63,535 nt of DNA, filler included, from Octopus bimaculoides (GCF_001194135.2; 6 parts of 5 records of this genome joined end to end with filler, not necessarily neighbours in it), one strand, 5' to 3'. Counted from the first letter of the whole stretch, positions 1 to 12,554 are shown. Translations and numbers: made by a program. The notes: a model not told the origin generated them from the sequence alone.

Positions 1-1057
1 ATATATATATCATACATGTATATATGTTTTTTTATACGTATGTATGTATATATGTATATATGTATATATATATATGAATATATATATACATATACTCATG
101 CACACATATATTATTAGATAGACAAACAAATTGTGAGAGAGAGAGAGACTGAGATAGCAATCTCAAATATATTGCTTAATCTGTAAGAACATAATGAAAA
201 TCTGATGACTGCGGTTTCTATGAAAAATCGTTATTGCATCTCAACCATACAATTATATTTATCATTGAGATACATACGATGAAATAGCTATCTCACACTA
301 TTAGTTTCTGGAAGACGTCGTTCATGGAAATATGTAACATGATATAATCACAACAAGCCAGCTGTTCCCAGAACAATATCTAAATTTATCTCCTCTGCTT
401 TCCATCATGCAGTTAGTACTGCAAACAATAAGTGTCGATGCAAACTGTGGCATCATTCCCATGACTGACATCGCTGTAAGAATAATTCAAAACCTATAAA
501 AATGTTGGCCACTCCTGTTGCCTACCTTTTACTTAGCTAACATAGTATCTACAGATCTATATCTATGGATTTAGGAAGACAGTTACCTCGTCGTTTGTCA
601 GCTTCTCCGTAAATTGACATTGACCTCTCTGTCCATAGATATGTGTACGCATTTTCGTATGTATATTTATATGTGTGTGTTCATATATATAGGTGTGTGT
701 GTGTATGTGTGCATATACAATAAACACACGCATTATATATTCGTACCTCACTTGTTTATCATTGTTCTTATTCTAACTGCAGGTCATTGTCTAGAAATCT
801 TTCGTCTTCCATCCGTGACCTCTTCAACGTCACTTTCGTTTTCCTGTGTTGATATCCATAAGATTGCGATTACTTTCCAGCTAATTTATTTCAGAGTATA
901 ATAGATTATTTTATACATTACACAGTACTATTGTACATTTTACAAGTTAGTACTGATATAGAAGGAGCTTATTGTTTGAATACCAGTGGATTAGGTAAAC
1001 CCGTATATTTTGCATTACTTTAATTATACTTGTTTTATTCCATTATTATTTTAGACG

Positions 1058-1155
1058 TTCCAGTCAATTGACTGCAGCTATGCTGGAGCACCATTTTAGA
1101 GGGCTTTAGTCGAACATGTCGACTCCAGGGCATCTTTTTTGCAAGCTTAGTATTT
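1058..1155 (-). mobile_element. 3' fragment of SINE family A (same family as 38395-39110 and 60096-60540)
   Basis: cagtcaattgactgcagctatgctggagcacc is the degenerate reverse complement of ggtgctccagcatggctgcagtcaaatgactg at about 39065-39097. Confidence 0.7.
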
Positions 1156-1165
1156 AATGTGAGTC

Positions 1166-1310
1166 TAGGCGAGTTTGTCTGAAATACTTCGTCTAAAATA
1201 CAATTTATCTAAATGCAATTTGTGTAAAACAATTTGTATAAAACAATTTTTCTAGAACAGTATTAATCAGAAACAATTTGTCTAAATGTCTAAAATACGA
1301 TCTAAGTGAA
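1166..1310. repeat. Degenerate ~14-15 bp tandem array (acaatttgtctaaa-like), probably the subterminal region of the adjacent MULE
   Basis: Repeated units caatttatctaaa, caatttgtgtaaa, caatttgtataaa and caatttgtctaaa lie just downstream of the minus-strand MULE coding remnant. Confidence 0.55.
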
Positions 1311-1573
1311 AACTAAAAATTGTATTTCATGAATGCGTATTTTTTAGTCATAATTTATAATTTTTGGTGTTTATAACTAGCTGTTAACTCAAAATGCATA
1401 AAAAAAAAGCAGAAGATAGTATTTACTGAAAGGACTTATCAAGTCTTAAAAGGAAGGATTGCATGCTATACCCTGAACGGAATCAATAATATTTTGTAGA
1501 TCAAATTTTGAACGAGACTTTTTATTAGCTTTGCAATATCTCGATAGCGCTTCTTTGGAGGTTCTGGTTCCAT

Positions 1574-1900
1574 TCAAGCAATATACTGCTCAATCCGAAT
1601 CTTGCTTAGACTTTGTTCTTTTTGTAGAAAGTTCATAAATTTCCAGATGTTCAGTTGATGAGACCCAACTTGGGTTTCGAATGACCGATGCCATCCTTCG
1701 ACAGAGTTACTTGTTTGGGGAAAATCGTAGAGAACTCTGAAATACACATTCCACATATTTAATGGTAGGTATATATAGGTAGTAGGAGCATTAAAATGGT
1801 GAAAGGATGCAGGCATCGAGTAGAAAAATTACATAATATTCGTGGGGAAACAATGAACTTACAACTGTTTTTGAGAATTAAACCTTCTTCTCACGGTGTC
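1574..1900 (-). pseudogene. Mutator-like (MULE) transposase C-terminal remnant
   Basis: ORF 1574-1816 contains WNVY..PQTSNSVEGWHRSF..LNIWKFMNFLQKEQ, matching the MULE WNVY-RTNNxxEGWH motif. An upstream LFPHE motif is present out of register. Confidence 0.75.
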
Positions 1901-3478
1901 TTCCGTTGAAGTAAGTGTACCTGCTTTGCAGGAAAGCTACAGGTAGACAGCAACTAAGAAGTGGCTACATCCATGATGTTTAATAATTTACTTGTCACAG
2001 AGATACTGGGCAATTGGTTCGAAAGACATCATCGCCTCCTAATTTCCCAATAGGCTCTGATTATATCAGAAAATTTAGACGTTTGTTTCGTATCAAAAGT
2101 AAGTATACCGCTGATCTGATGAAACCCCTAAATAGAAGATAACTGCGCTTACCTTGATTATGCAGCAATTTTGAATGTGGAAATTCACTTAATGTGGAAT
2201 AAATGGTAAAGGATAATCACAAGTTTCGCTACTGTTCACTGTTTATATCATGCTGAATCCAGTTGTTCATTTAATCCCGACAATAACAAGAAAATATCGT
2301 ATCCTTCCAGAAATAAGGTTGCGTTAACCGATTCATGCCGATTGTCCGTTTAAACTGAAACATAATTTATAAGGGTATAAATAAGACAAATACTTGATAC
2401 AAATTGTGATTTGTGTCAAATCTGTATCAAAGAATGAAACATGTTCTTAATGCGCTTGCGAATCTGTATCAAACGGATTTCAATGACATTTTTTCAGTTG
2501 TTATTTTGGTCAAAATAATAGTATCTGTAAATTTTCAGGTAATTTCATTCACTGAAAGAAGTTCAGCACGAATAAGTTAATGTCTATCAAGAATCTGAAG
2601 CAAAGATTTGTGGTTCAGAATACCGAAATATTATTCTCAGTAAGCCTAAATTTTATAAGGAGAAAATAAATGTTGGGTGTCTATCATAACAGTAGCAGCA
2701 GTAGTAAAGGCGTTAATAGAATTATAGCAAAATACGCTGATTTTGGAAATAGAAATGTAGCTTCCGATAGCGTGGATATTGCTAATATATAAAGCTGATA
2801 TGATGCTTATAATCAGCCATAAATGTATTACATGTCAAGATGAGAAATTAAAGAGAAAAATCTTAGACTCTCTTTAATATCCGAGTTCACAAGAAATGAT
2901 TAATGCATTGGGAAAAATCACCTTACTAATTAAAATGTGTTGCTTTGAAGTAACGTTGTTATTTTACAGAATTGTATACTGAGTTTTCAAATGGATGAAA
3001 CATTTTGCAAGGTTATCATGAAGCCATTAATACTCACATTCATCTAGAATCATAAATTAAGGCTTTGATAAAATAAATTCTTCATAGCAATAACCAAATT
3101 TTAATCTTCATTTGGGATTTATTTGTTGTATATATACACGTAATGTGATATAAAATATTTAGTGCATTCTAAGGAGAAATAATCTGTTTGATGCATATGG
3201 CTTCTTTCCAAACCCATATTGGATTATCACGTCTTGATGCATTTTTATTTACCTGCATTTTGTATATGTCGTTTCAGTTAAACAAATATTCTATTCTTAA
3301 CCAGTATGCTTTATACTAATTTCTTTTTCATTGAAAATAGGCTGAGAATATATGAGGCTTAAGCTGGTATGATATGGAAACGTGCATTGAATAGTTGGTC
3401 TTTACGATATTATTGTTGACGTCTGCATTTATTAATCTCATATACATTAAATGTTCTATATATATATATATATATATA

Positions 3479-3700
3479 TTGTTGTATTTGGGGATGGTCA
3501 TATTGCCAGTTTAACGAATAAAGAAAATAAAGAACTCTGGCCGAAATAGGATTAATGTAATGTAATGTAATATAAAGCTGAAGCAAATTAACACCAAATA
3601 TACAGTGGTGGGTTTTAATTGGCTAAACTGGCAATATGACCATCCCCAAATACAACAACATCTGTTTCAACACACGATTTCACATAAAAAATCTTGCAAA
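3479..3700. repeat. Perfect 35-bp inverted repeat (3479-3513 / 3624-3658) in an interspersed repeat; related sequence at 20692-20750
   Basis: ttgttgtatttggggatggtcatattgccagttta versus its exact reverse complement taaactggcaatatgaccatccccaaatacaacaa, with a 110-bp spacer. Confidence 0.85.
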
Positions 3701-4419
3701 ACAAATATNNNNNNNNNNNNNNNNNNNNNNNNNNNNNNNNNNNNNNNNNNNNNNNNNNNNNNNNNNNNNNNNTATATATACATATACTGATCGAATCTCT
3801 ATGTGTTAACATGTACCTCCTTGCGACAATGTCTATATTCATTTAATTAAGATAACCTTGGCCTGAGGTGAAGCCTGTGGTTTACACTTCGCAAGGATAT
3901 TTTCCACTTCCGAGGTTCCTCTCGCTGTCAAACTTATGTAGCCCGTATCTTATCTACTTCATTCCTTAACTCTTGTATTCTTATTCATATACAGGGCACC
4001 GCTGATCACGCGCCTTGAAATATAAAGAAAAAACCTTCTTCAGTTTATCGTACTTTCTTACGAAGATATCCAAAATCTTCCGTCTCAATAAACCACTATA
4101 GTATATAAAAGTTGTTTTTTTTAATATTTAATACGGATTGCTTGAAGCTAACTTTATTCGTACATCTCGATTCTTGGATCTTATACATATATCAGTGAAG
4201 AAGGGGGACTAGGATACTAGTCACTGTGGTTCGGGGTGTTCGAGTGTTCCACACTCTCCTGTTCTCCATGAAAAGTGTTGCATTACATATATGTTTGAAT
4301 ACATGTATATTTATAAATGTGTATACGTATATGTATACATACTGATATATATATATATACGTATGTATATATGTATATACATTTCTGTATATAAATGTGT
4401 ATGTGTGTATACTTATGTG

Positions 4420-4466
<47 letters not shown>

Positions 4467-4817
4467 ATATATAGTGTGTGCGTGGTGGTGTGATATGATG
4501 TGGTGTTGTGTGGTATGGTGGTGAAGAGAGAAGAGAGAGAAGAGCTAGGAAGGAGAGATAATATAGTGGTGGTGATCCCAAAACGAAGGTGCACGTGCGT
4601 GTGTAAAAGAGAGCATGTCTGTGCATGTGGAAGAGGGCTGGTGACCTTGACGTGTGCATGTGTGTACGTGTACGTTTGTGGATTTGGGGCTGGGAAGTGG
4701 TCAGTTCTAGTGTGTGCGTGGTAGTGTCATTAGGAGTGAAGATAAGGAGTCGGAGCAAGAGAGGAGAAGTAGGTGGGAGGAAGCACTTGTGAGAGGGAGA
4801 GAGGAGAGGGGAGGAGG

Positions 4818-5662
4818 TTAGATGAAGAGGGTAGGAGAGCCCATGTGGTACAAAGGAAAGAGTGGAAGAGAGATTAATCCCTGTTCACGGCGCAAACGGG
4901 AGTCCGGATGGCCCTTGTGCAAGGACAATCCGAACACAGATAGGTGTTGCAAAGAGTGACTGGTAGAGCGGAAATGGCGCGAGACAGGGGTGTCATTGCT
5001 GAGTCGGATGTTTCGGAGGTGTTCCGCGAAACGGGTAGCTAGGCGGCGTCCCGTTTGCTCGATGTATAGAGGAGGGCACAGAGAGCAAGACATGCAGTAG
5101 ATGACATTGGTAGAAGCGCAAGTGAAAGAGTCAGTCATATGATAGGGTCGATGATGGGTGCCTGTGAGGAGGGTGGTGTTGTAGAGGTAACGACAAGTGC
5201 GGGAACGTGGGCGGGGACAGGGGAACGAGGCGGGTTGGTAAGTTGGGTTTGGGAAGAAGCTGTGGACCAAGCGGTCTCGTAGATTGTGGGCTCGTTTGAA
5301 GGAGGGATTGGGTCAATTACGGAAGATGTGCGAAGAGGAGGGTTGGACTGGAGTCGCTGGAAGTCTCAGACAATGGTGCGTTGGAGAGGTAGCTTGGTGG
5401 GGTGGTAGGTCAGGGGAAACGGGAGACGGGAGACGGCGGGTCGGGGGCGTAGGAGAGAGCAGATGCACGGTCCACGGAACGTGCTTTAGCAATGGCGGTA
5501 TGGATAGTGGTGAGTGGATATCCAGGTAGGATGAAGTGGCTAGCCAGGAGTTGAGACAGAGTCTCAAAGTATTGGGCGTCATTACAGAGCCTGCGTAGAC
5601 AGAGGATTTGGGAAGAGAGGATGGAAATCTTGGTGTGATCAAGGTGGGACGAGCAGAAGTTG
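4818..5662 (-). mobile_element. Penelope-like element fragment: RT thumb plus GIY-YIG endonuclease (degenerate)
   Basis: Minus-strand frames give SSHLDHTKISILSSQILCLRRLCND..FILPGYPLTTIHTAIAKAR (PLE RT C-terminus) and FTCASTNVIYCMSCSLCPPLYIEQTGRRLATRFAEH..PVSRHF..RLRREQGLI (PLE GIY-YIG, with YIG changed to YIE). Confidence 0.92.
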
Positions 5663-6104
5663 ATGTATATATATATATATNNNNNNNNNNNNNNNNNNNN
5701 NNNNNNNNNNNNNNNNNNNNNNNNNNNNNNNNNNNNNNNNNNNNNNNNNNNNNNNNNNNNNNNNNNNNNNNNNNNNNNNNNNNNNNNNNNNNNNNNNNNN
5801 NNNNNNNNNNNNNNNNNNNNNNNNNNNNNNNNNNNNNNNNNNNNNNNNNNNNNNNNNNNNNNNNNNNNNNNNNNNNNNNNNNNNNNNNNNNNNNNNNNNN
5901 NNNNNNNNNNNNNNNNNNNNNNNNNNNNNNNNNNNNNNNNNNNNNNNNNNNNNNNNNNNNNNNNNNNNNNNNNNNNNNNNNNNNNNNNNNNNNNNNNNNN
6001 NNNNNNNNNNNNNNNNNNNNNNNNNNNNNNNNNNNNNNNNNNNNNNNNNNNNNNNNNNNNNNNNNNNNNNNNNNNNNNNNNNNNNNNNNNNNNNNNNNNN
6101 NNNN

Positions 6105-6163
<59 letters not shown>

Positions 6164-6186
6164 ATGTATGTGTATATATGTGTATA

Positions 6187-6217
<31 letters not shown>

Positions 6218-7300
6218 TTGTCTGTGTATATGGGTACGTATGGTAAATATATTAAGAATATAGATAGGTGTATTAGAAAGTCACGATGTGTATGAGGTAT
6301 AGTTTTTGTTTGGGGATTTTGTTCGGTAAAGACCGGTGTTCCGGTGAAGGCGGTTTCGTTTTGTTTACATTCGTAGAGTACATAGGTAAAGATGAGTCTG
6401 TTTGATTTTTTCAGTTTATTTATTTATTATTTAATGTATAACATATAAAAATATATATTAGAGTGTGTGTAGGTGTTTTTTTCATTGAAGACGGATTTCT
6501 GTTCTCCGGATATTGAGATGTAATATAACGTGATAGTACTGAGGGATATATATTTTTTTGCTGAATTGATATAAGATTAAATTTTATTTTAATTGTGTAT
6601 ATTGGTATATACTAGAGTTTTTTTAGAGTGAATTTATTAAGAACATTATCATTATTATCATTATTATTATTGTTATTATCATTTAAGTGTGTTTTTGTTT
6701 TACTCTAGTTTGAATGTTATAATTTTAAAAAATTGTTTTCTACGGCATGATTTCTTTCTTTCTTTCTTACATTCTTTATTTATTTATTTATTTATTTATT
6801 AAATTTGATATTTATTTTGATGATTATTACTCTAACGGATTTTATAGCGTTCTAAATTGAACAGTAAATGAAATTATAATATAAAATTTTTAGGTTTAGA
6901 TTTGAGGAAATTTACCGTTTGCTCGTTCATTGCACATTTGGGATGGAAAGTTGTGTGCCATCTATTACTGTTTCATCCTGTTTTGTATATTTTCATGGGT
7001 CAACTATGAAANNNNNNNNNNNNNNNNNNNNNNNNNNNNNNNNNNNNNNNNNNNNNNNNNNNNNNNNNNNNNNNNNNNNNNNNNNNNNNNNNNNNNNNNN
7101 NNNNNNNNNNNNNNNNNNNNNNNNNNNNNNNNNNNNNNNNNNNNNNNNNNNNNNNNNNNNNNNNNNNNNNNNNNNNNNNNNNNNNNNNNNNNNNNNNNNN
7201 NNNNNNNNNNNNNNNNNNNNNNNNNNNNNNNNNNNNNNNNNNNNNNNNNNNNNNNNNNNNNNNNNNNNNNNNNNNNNNNNNNNNNNNNNNNNNNNNNNNN

Positions 7301-7332
<32 letters not shown>

Positions 7333-10300
7333 TCATTGAGGATTAAGTTTGCTAATGTAAAAGTTCTATCTTTTAAGATTCTAATATATGATAATTATGA
7401 ACCGCTGCGCAGTAACCGACAGTAAATGAAGAAGCAACTCTCAATAAATGTAGAAGCTGTTGCCTATGTGTATTGCGTATGTGTGTCTATGTGCATATGT
7501 ATTTATGCGTACACGTCTATGTATGCAGAAAGACGTATTTTTGCCCATATATGAAATACGAAATTTTATTACTGTAACAAGTTATTAAATAACCATTAAT
7601 ACGCAAAATTATCTGATTGTGTATGTTATGACATTCTCTTGTATTTGATGTTTAATTTTATGTTGCATGTGTATAATGAATACAAATTTGATTAAATATT
7701 TTTCATTAATGATTTCTATATAATGCATTTTAGATAAATAATTCTGTATTGCGGTTTGGTATTCTCAGTAAATAAGAAAGCAAATACATTTCTTTCCCTG
7801 TTGAATTTAAAATATTTACAAGAAGACATTCACTTATTTGGGCAACCCATTACATTTAGGATGCTACAGATTACGTAAATTCTCATTGGGCAAAAACTCA
7901 CACTGTGTACTATGATTCATAACATTCAGGTACATCAGTGTTAAACTAAATTAAACAACACACTGAAATTGAATAATTTGTTCATTATATTAAATCTCTA
8001 TTTTTCTTAATTATTGTTTTGCATTAAAGGTCGTATGTTTATTTCTTTTAGTAAATCAGGTTTCTCACGTTGCGTGTCCTGGTGGCCAGTTATTGCAAGG
8101 GAGATAATCACTTCTTGATCAAACTCAGCAGGATTAGGAATTTGCAGAAACACCAAGACGCACTGAATATACATATTTAATGTCTTCCCTTTAATCAAAA
8201 CACAAATGTTTAGCATTTCTAAATGTATGTAATCATGTATTGTACCGCATTTGAAAATTGTCAGGCAACTTAAACTCAATTAAAAATTTTACGAAGCTAA
8301 TCGGTTATGGTAGACGGTAATATATTACAATTAAAAACCAGTTATTTAGTTTATTCTGTTTCCTTTCACTTAGTTACATATTGAGCAAATGAAAAAGAAG
8401 TGATAGAAAGGCTTTGCATACAGATTAATCTGAACCTCATTAGAGTTAATCTAATGACTCCATTACTTGCTCTGTTGTTCGCCTTTAAAACGGGTTCTCA
8501 TAAGTATTTATATTTTCCTATTAATCAAGATACAATGATATACTCAAACTCGTATAGTCTTTAAAGAATTATAAAAATAATAAAATATGCATTATTTTTC
8601 TCTTCGCATTCTAAGAAAGGAAATAATTATTTAGTAGCAATTTTAAGCTGCTTTCTTTGGGAAAGAGAACTGAACTTAAGGAAAATCTCTCTGGAATAAA
8701 CAAGATAATATGGAGGAAAATTATTCTGTAACAGTCAAGTGAAAATCTCTATAAATATGTTTTTATTTCTGTACGCTGCTCTACATTTATTTCAACTAAA
8801 TACAAAATACGGAGACACATATCTATCTAGTTACCTTTGTATAGATAAGGATAATTTGCATGATTAATAAAACTGTCGGCTCAGAGAAGTAATCTAGTGT
8901 ATTTTGTGGTAAATGTAGTTAAACAACGATGGAAAATGATTCTAAATGTCATACATGTGAAATTTGAGGGTTATTGTCAATATGCCCTTTTCAGTCAACA
9001 AGCAATTAAATGCATTTCAATGCGAAAAGTATATTATATTATATTGTATCATATTATATTATATCATATTACATTATACTATATTATATTATATTATATT
9101 ATATAGATATATAATTGAATAAGTTGACTAAGTTGGAGTCAACGCAAATCTGGCAGTACGTATAATACTATGCTGGATAGCACCGAGTAGCGTCTGAAGG
9201 TGGACAATCTTTACACTGTATTCTGTTCTTAACAATAGATGACTATATATACGTTCTTAACCAAAATTAACTATATATATAAGCAGAGTAGCTAGTTATA
9301 AAATCTTAAGACGGTATAGAGTAGTAACATTCAATAGCGATTTCGATATGGCAGCTGCCTTTACTATATATATATATATATATATNNNNNNNNNNNNNNN
9401 NNNNNNNNNNNNNNNNNNNNNNNNNNNNNNNNNNNNNNNNNNNNNNNNNNNNNNNNNNNNNNNNNNNNNNNNNNNNNNNNNNNNNNNNNNNNNNNNNNNN
9501 NNNNNNNNNNNNNNNNNNNNNNNNNNNNNNNNNNNNNNNNNNNNNNNNNNNNNNNNNNNNNNNNNNNNNNNNNNNNNNNNNNNNNNNNNNNNNNNNNNNN
9601 NNNNNNNNNNNNNNNNNNNNNNNGAGAGAGAGAGAGAGAGACAGAGAGAAAGTTATATACATATATGAACATATATATATATATACTTACATGGTTAATT
9701 AAGCCTATATTGAATCAAATTACAAACGCTGCCTTTTTTGTCACACATTGCCTTTTCAAATATCTAAAAAATATTGGAAATATTGTAATTTGCTAAGTAC
9801 GATTTTATTGAAATTAAAATGATATTTTTGATATGCTAATGTAGGAAATTCTGTAATCTATAAATCAAAAGAGAACGCAGATAAAACATTTTAATTCAAT
9901 AACACATGCAATTTGAATAAGGATGGCCGTATATCAAAGAAAAGTGCAACTTCACCAACATTAATTTCCATACTGACAAACTTGTATTCGAAATTCAGAT
10001 TACGGTCTTACTTCTAACATTTTTTTTAATGTTCATCATATTTAGTGTGTTCCTCGTGTCTATCGAAAATGATGTATTTTCGCGGAGTAGAAAACTAAGG
10101 GATTGAAATGTTTCTTGTGATGCCATCAACAACTGTGATTTCTTAAGAAATGACTGTTAGGCCTTGGAAAATGTTTCAGATATTTTGAATTATAGATTAT
10201 AATTATGGCAGAATATAAGAAAGTAAATTGAATATCATTATTGAATTTACATATGACAGAACATAGACGTGGTTCCAACAGAATTATTCAGCAACTCAGA

Positions 10301-10689
10301 TTTATACATACAACCTTGCAAGCCAAACACAATTGTGCATTCAACTATCAATATAACACTCGCAATTTGTACGCTTGGAAAGCATTAACAAATAAAATAT
10401 TGAGATATTAGTCCAAATATCAAGCCTGTTACGATTTTAATAGCGTTGCCCTTTACATTTATTTACTTATATACATTCCTGAAAGTCATAGACAGAAACA
10501 CTTATTACGAACAGCAGTTCATACGTGGCTGGCTGCCGACAAAATTTTCTGCTTTTAAGAAAAACGGATTTTATTCTTTATATCTATACTGTTCGGTATC
10601 TATGCGTTGAATAACATTTTTCTTTCTACTTGTTCTACCATACATTTCAGCACTTCGAAAAACAAACTTGTTTATTTCCATACGGCGTA

Positions 10690-10780
<91 letters not shown>

Positions 10781-10863
10781 TAATATACAGTGTGCGGTGA
10801 ATGAATTGTCGTCTAAATTATGCAAAAATAACACTCATTTTAACAAATATATTTATCAAAATT

Positions 10864-11216
10864 TACATTATTTACATTATCTACATTTGACGGATATTCT
10901 TAACCACTACGCCATATGCCCGTGGGCATATGGCGTAGTGGTTAAGAGCGCGGGCTACTAACCCCAAGGTTCCGAGTTCGATTCACGGCAGCGACCTGAT
11001 TAATAATAATAATAATAATATAATAATAATATTAATAGTAACATCGATAGGAATGAGAACCCAGGTTCGACATTTCCCCAAGACACCTGACGAAGGCTGG
11101 AGGGTATATCAGCTGAAACGTTGTGTTAACAACAAACAAGATGAGGACGAATATCCGTCAAATGTAGATAATGTAAATAATGTAAATAATTCCTCATCTC
11201 TTAAATATAGAACTGT
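10864..11216 (+). mobile_element. tRNA-headed SINE-like element carrying a hammerhead motif, with a 5' inverted segment and 12-bp TSD
   Basis: A-box TGGCGTAGTGG (10931-10941), anticodon-like stem-loop GGG-CTACTAA-CCC, B-box GAGTTCGATTC (10974-10984), (AAT)n spacer, then HHR. TSD tttatcaaaatt at 10852-10863 and 11217-11228. Confidence 0.85.
11082..11127 (+). ncRNA. Minimal type-I hammerhead ribozyme motif
   Basis: Stem I GACAC/GTGTT, core CTGACGA, an extra A, stem II GGCTG/CAGCT, GAAA, palindromic stem III ACGT, predicted cleavage triplet GUU. Confidence 0.75.
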
Positions 11217-12498
11217 TTTATCAAAATTGCATAAAAAATATCTTGAAATACTAAAGAGCATGTTTATTCAATAAAATGGCCATTGGCTTCAACCACGGCC
11301 TCCAGACGACTTCGGAATCTCCTGCAACGCTTCCCGACGGTCTCCTTATTTAAGGTGGTGAATACTGCCATAATCCTTGCATTCAGTTGATATTTGGTGT
11401 TACAAGGAGTTTTGTTAATCTCTCGCGGAACTGCGCCCCACACATAATAACAAGGGATTTGCAATCTAGAGAGTTAGGTGGCCAGAGGTTAGGAGTAATC
11501 TGTTCGCAGAAATTGTCTGACAGCCATGACTGGGTTCTCCTGCGTGTGTGGCATGGTGCAGAGTCCTGTTGCCAGACACAGGATCTTCCAGCAGTACCCT
11601 TCTTGACCTAGAGCATTACCACCTCATCCAGGCATTTCATGTAGGCCTACGTGTTCAATCTTAGGCCATGTAGGAAGATGAATAGAGACATATCGTCACC
11701 TTAACTAGTGATCACTCCAAGCACCATGATGATGACTAGATGTTTGCTTTTTATCACTGTCGTTACATGTATTGTCGACATGGCAAGCTAATGTTTGTTC
11801 TGTATATTCACCATCTGATCCTGGCAGAAATGTTTACAAGTTTGAGAAAAACCAAAGCATGTCCGATTGAAGGGGAAGGTCGAGTTTGTTCAAAAGCTTC
11901 GTAGCGCAGTCTTTCCTCCTGCCCTTGATGGCTTGGGATAAAGACTGGCACTTTCTCATCTTTATGAGAAATACCGAATATATCTTCATGCAATATCTGC
12001 CTGATACGAAACTGAAACACTCATATGTCGCTGGCGATGGACCTGATTGACTTGGAGTGAACGCTGTCAATCATGTTATCGATCTCACCAACAAATTCAG
12101 GAGCTCGTTTCTTAGTAGAACGATAAGAATGAGTTTTAGAGTTGCCGTACTTCCCTAATTATCATTAGATTCATTCAACCCATTCGGAATCCTCTGCAAT
12201 GTGCCCACAATAACAGCCAAACACTCTTGAAATGTTCTAATTGGAACTTCCGGCGCAAATGGCATGCAGTACAGCATGTCGTTTCAAAATTTCTGGCAGA
12301 GCAATTCCGTCATGATGATGCTTTTCTCACAGATGGTGAGCAACTGACCCTACTATACTGTGTAGTCGAGAAAGTCAAAACCAAACAAAGCGCATGCGCA
12401 GAATTAAAAATAAGAATGGCGCAACTTACATACAGCAGCCTGTATATATATATANNNNNNNNNNNNNNNNNNNNNNNNNNNNNNNNNNNNNNNNNNNN

Positions 12499-12510
12499 TT
12501 AATTAATTAA
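12499..12510. other. Artificial TTAATTAATTAA linker in a 100-bp gap (also at 17093-17104, 36959-36970, 58262-58273, 60755-60766)
   Basis: The identical 12-mer sits in the middle of N runs; where counted, the layout is 44 N + 12 bp + 44 N = 100 bp. It has stop codons in all six frames. Confidence 0.93.
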
Positions 12511-12554
12511 NNNNNNNNNNNNNNNNNNNNNNNNNNNNNNNNNNNNNNNNNNNN

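Larger units (their letters stand above)
10788..12442 (-). mobile_element. Near full-length degenerate Tc1/mariner DNA transposon of DD37D (maT) type
   Basis: Minus-strand remnants WFFS(D), VWQQDSAPCHT..WPPNSLDCxxL(D)YYVWGAV..RFRSRLEAVVEANGHFIE*, with 37 residues between the 2nd and 3rd Asp. Degenerate TIRs TA|CAGTGTGC.. and TA|CAGGCTGC.. with TA flanks. About 1.29 kb after removing the SINE insertion. Confidence 0.88.

Noticed and set aside
2152-2354. Strong-looking minus-strand acceptor (tttcag) and donor (gtaag) pair
   Set aside because: All three frames contain stops; a piggyBac-like GMNRL..FW similarity was too short to support.
6485-6512. TTGAAGA-CGGA..TCCG-GATA hammerhead-like string
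   Set aside because: Two core positions deviate and no stem I or III is evident.
10931-11000. Possible tRNA gene
   Set aside because: No proper acceptor stem; it is the head of a TSD-bounded repeat, so it is a SINE head.
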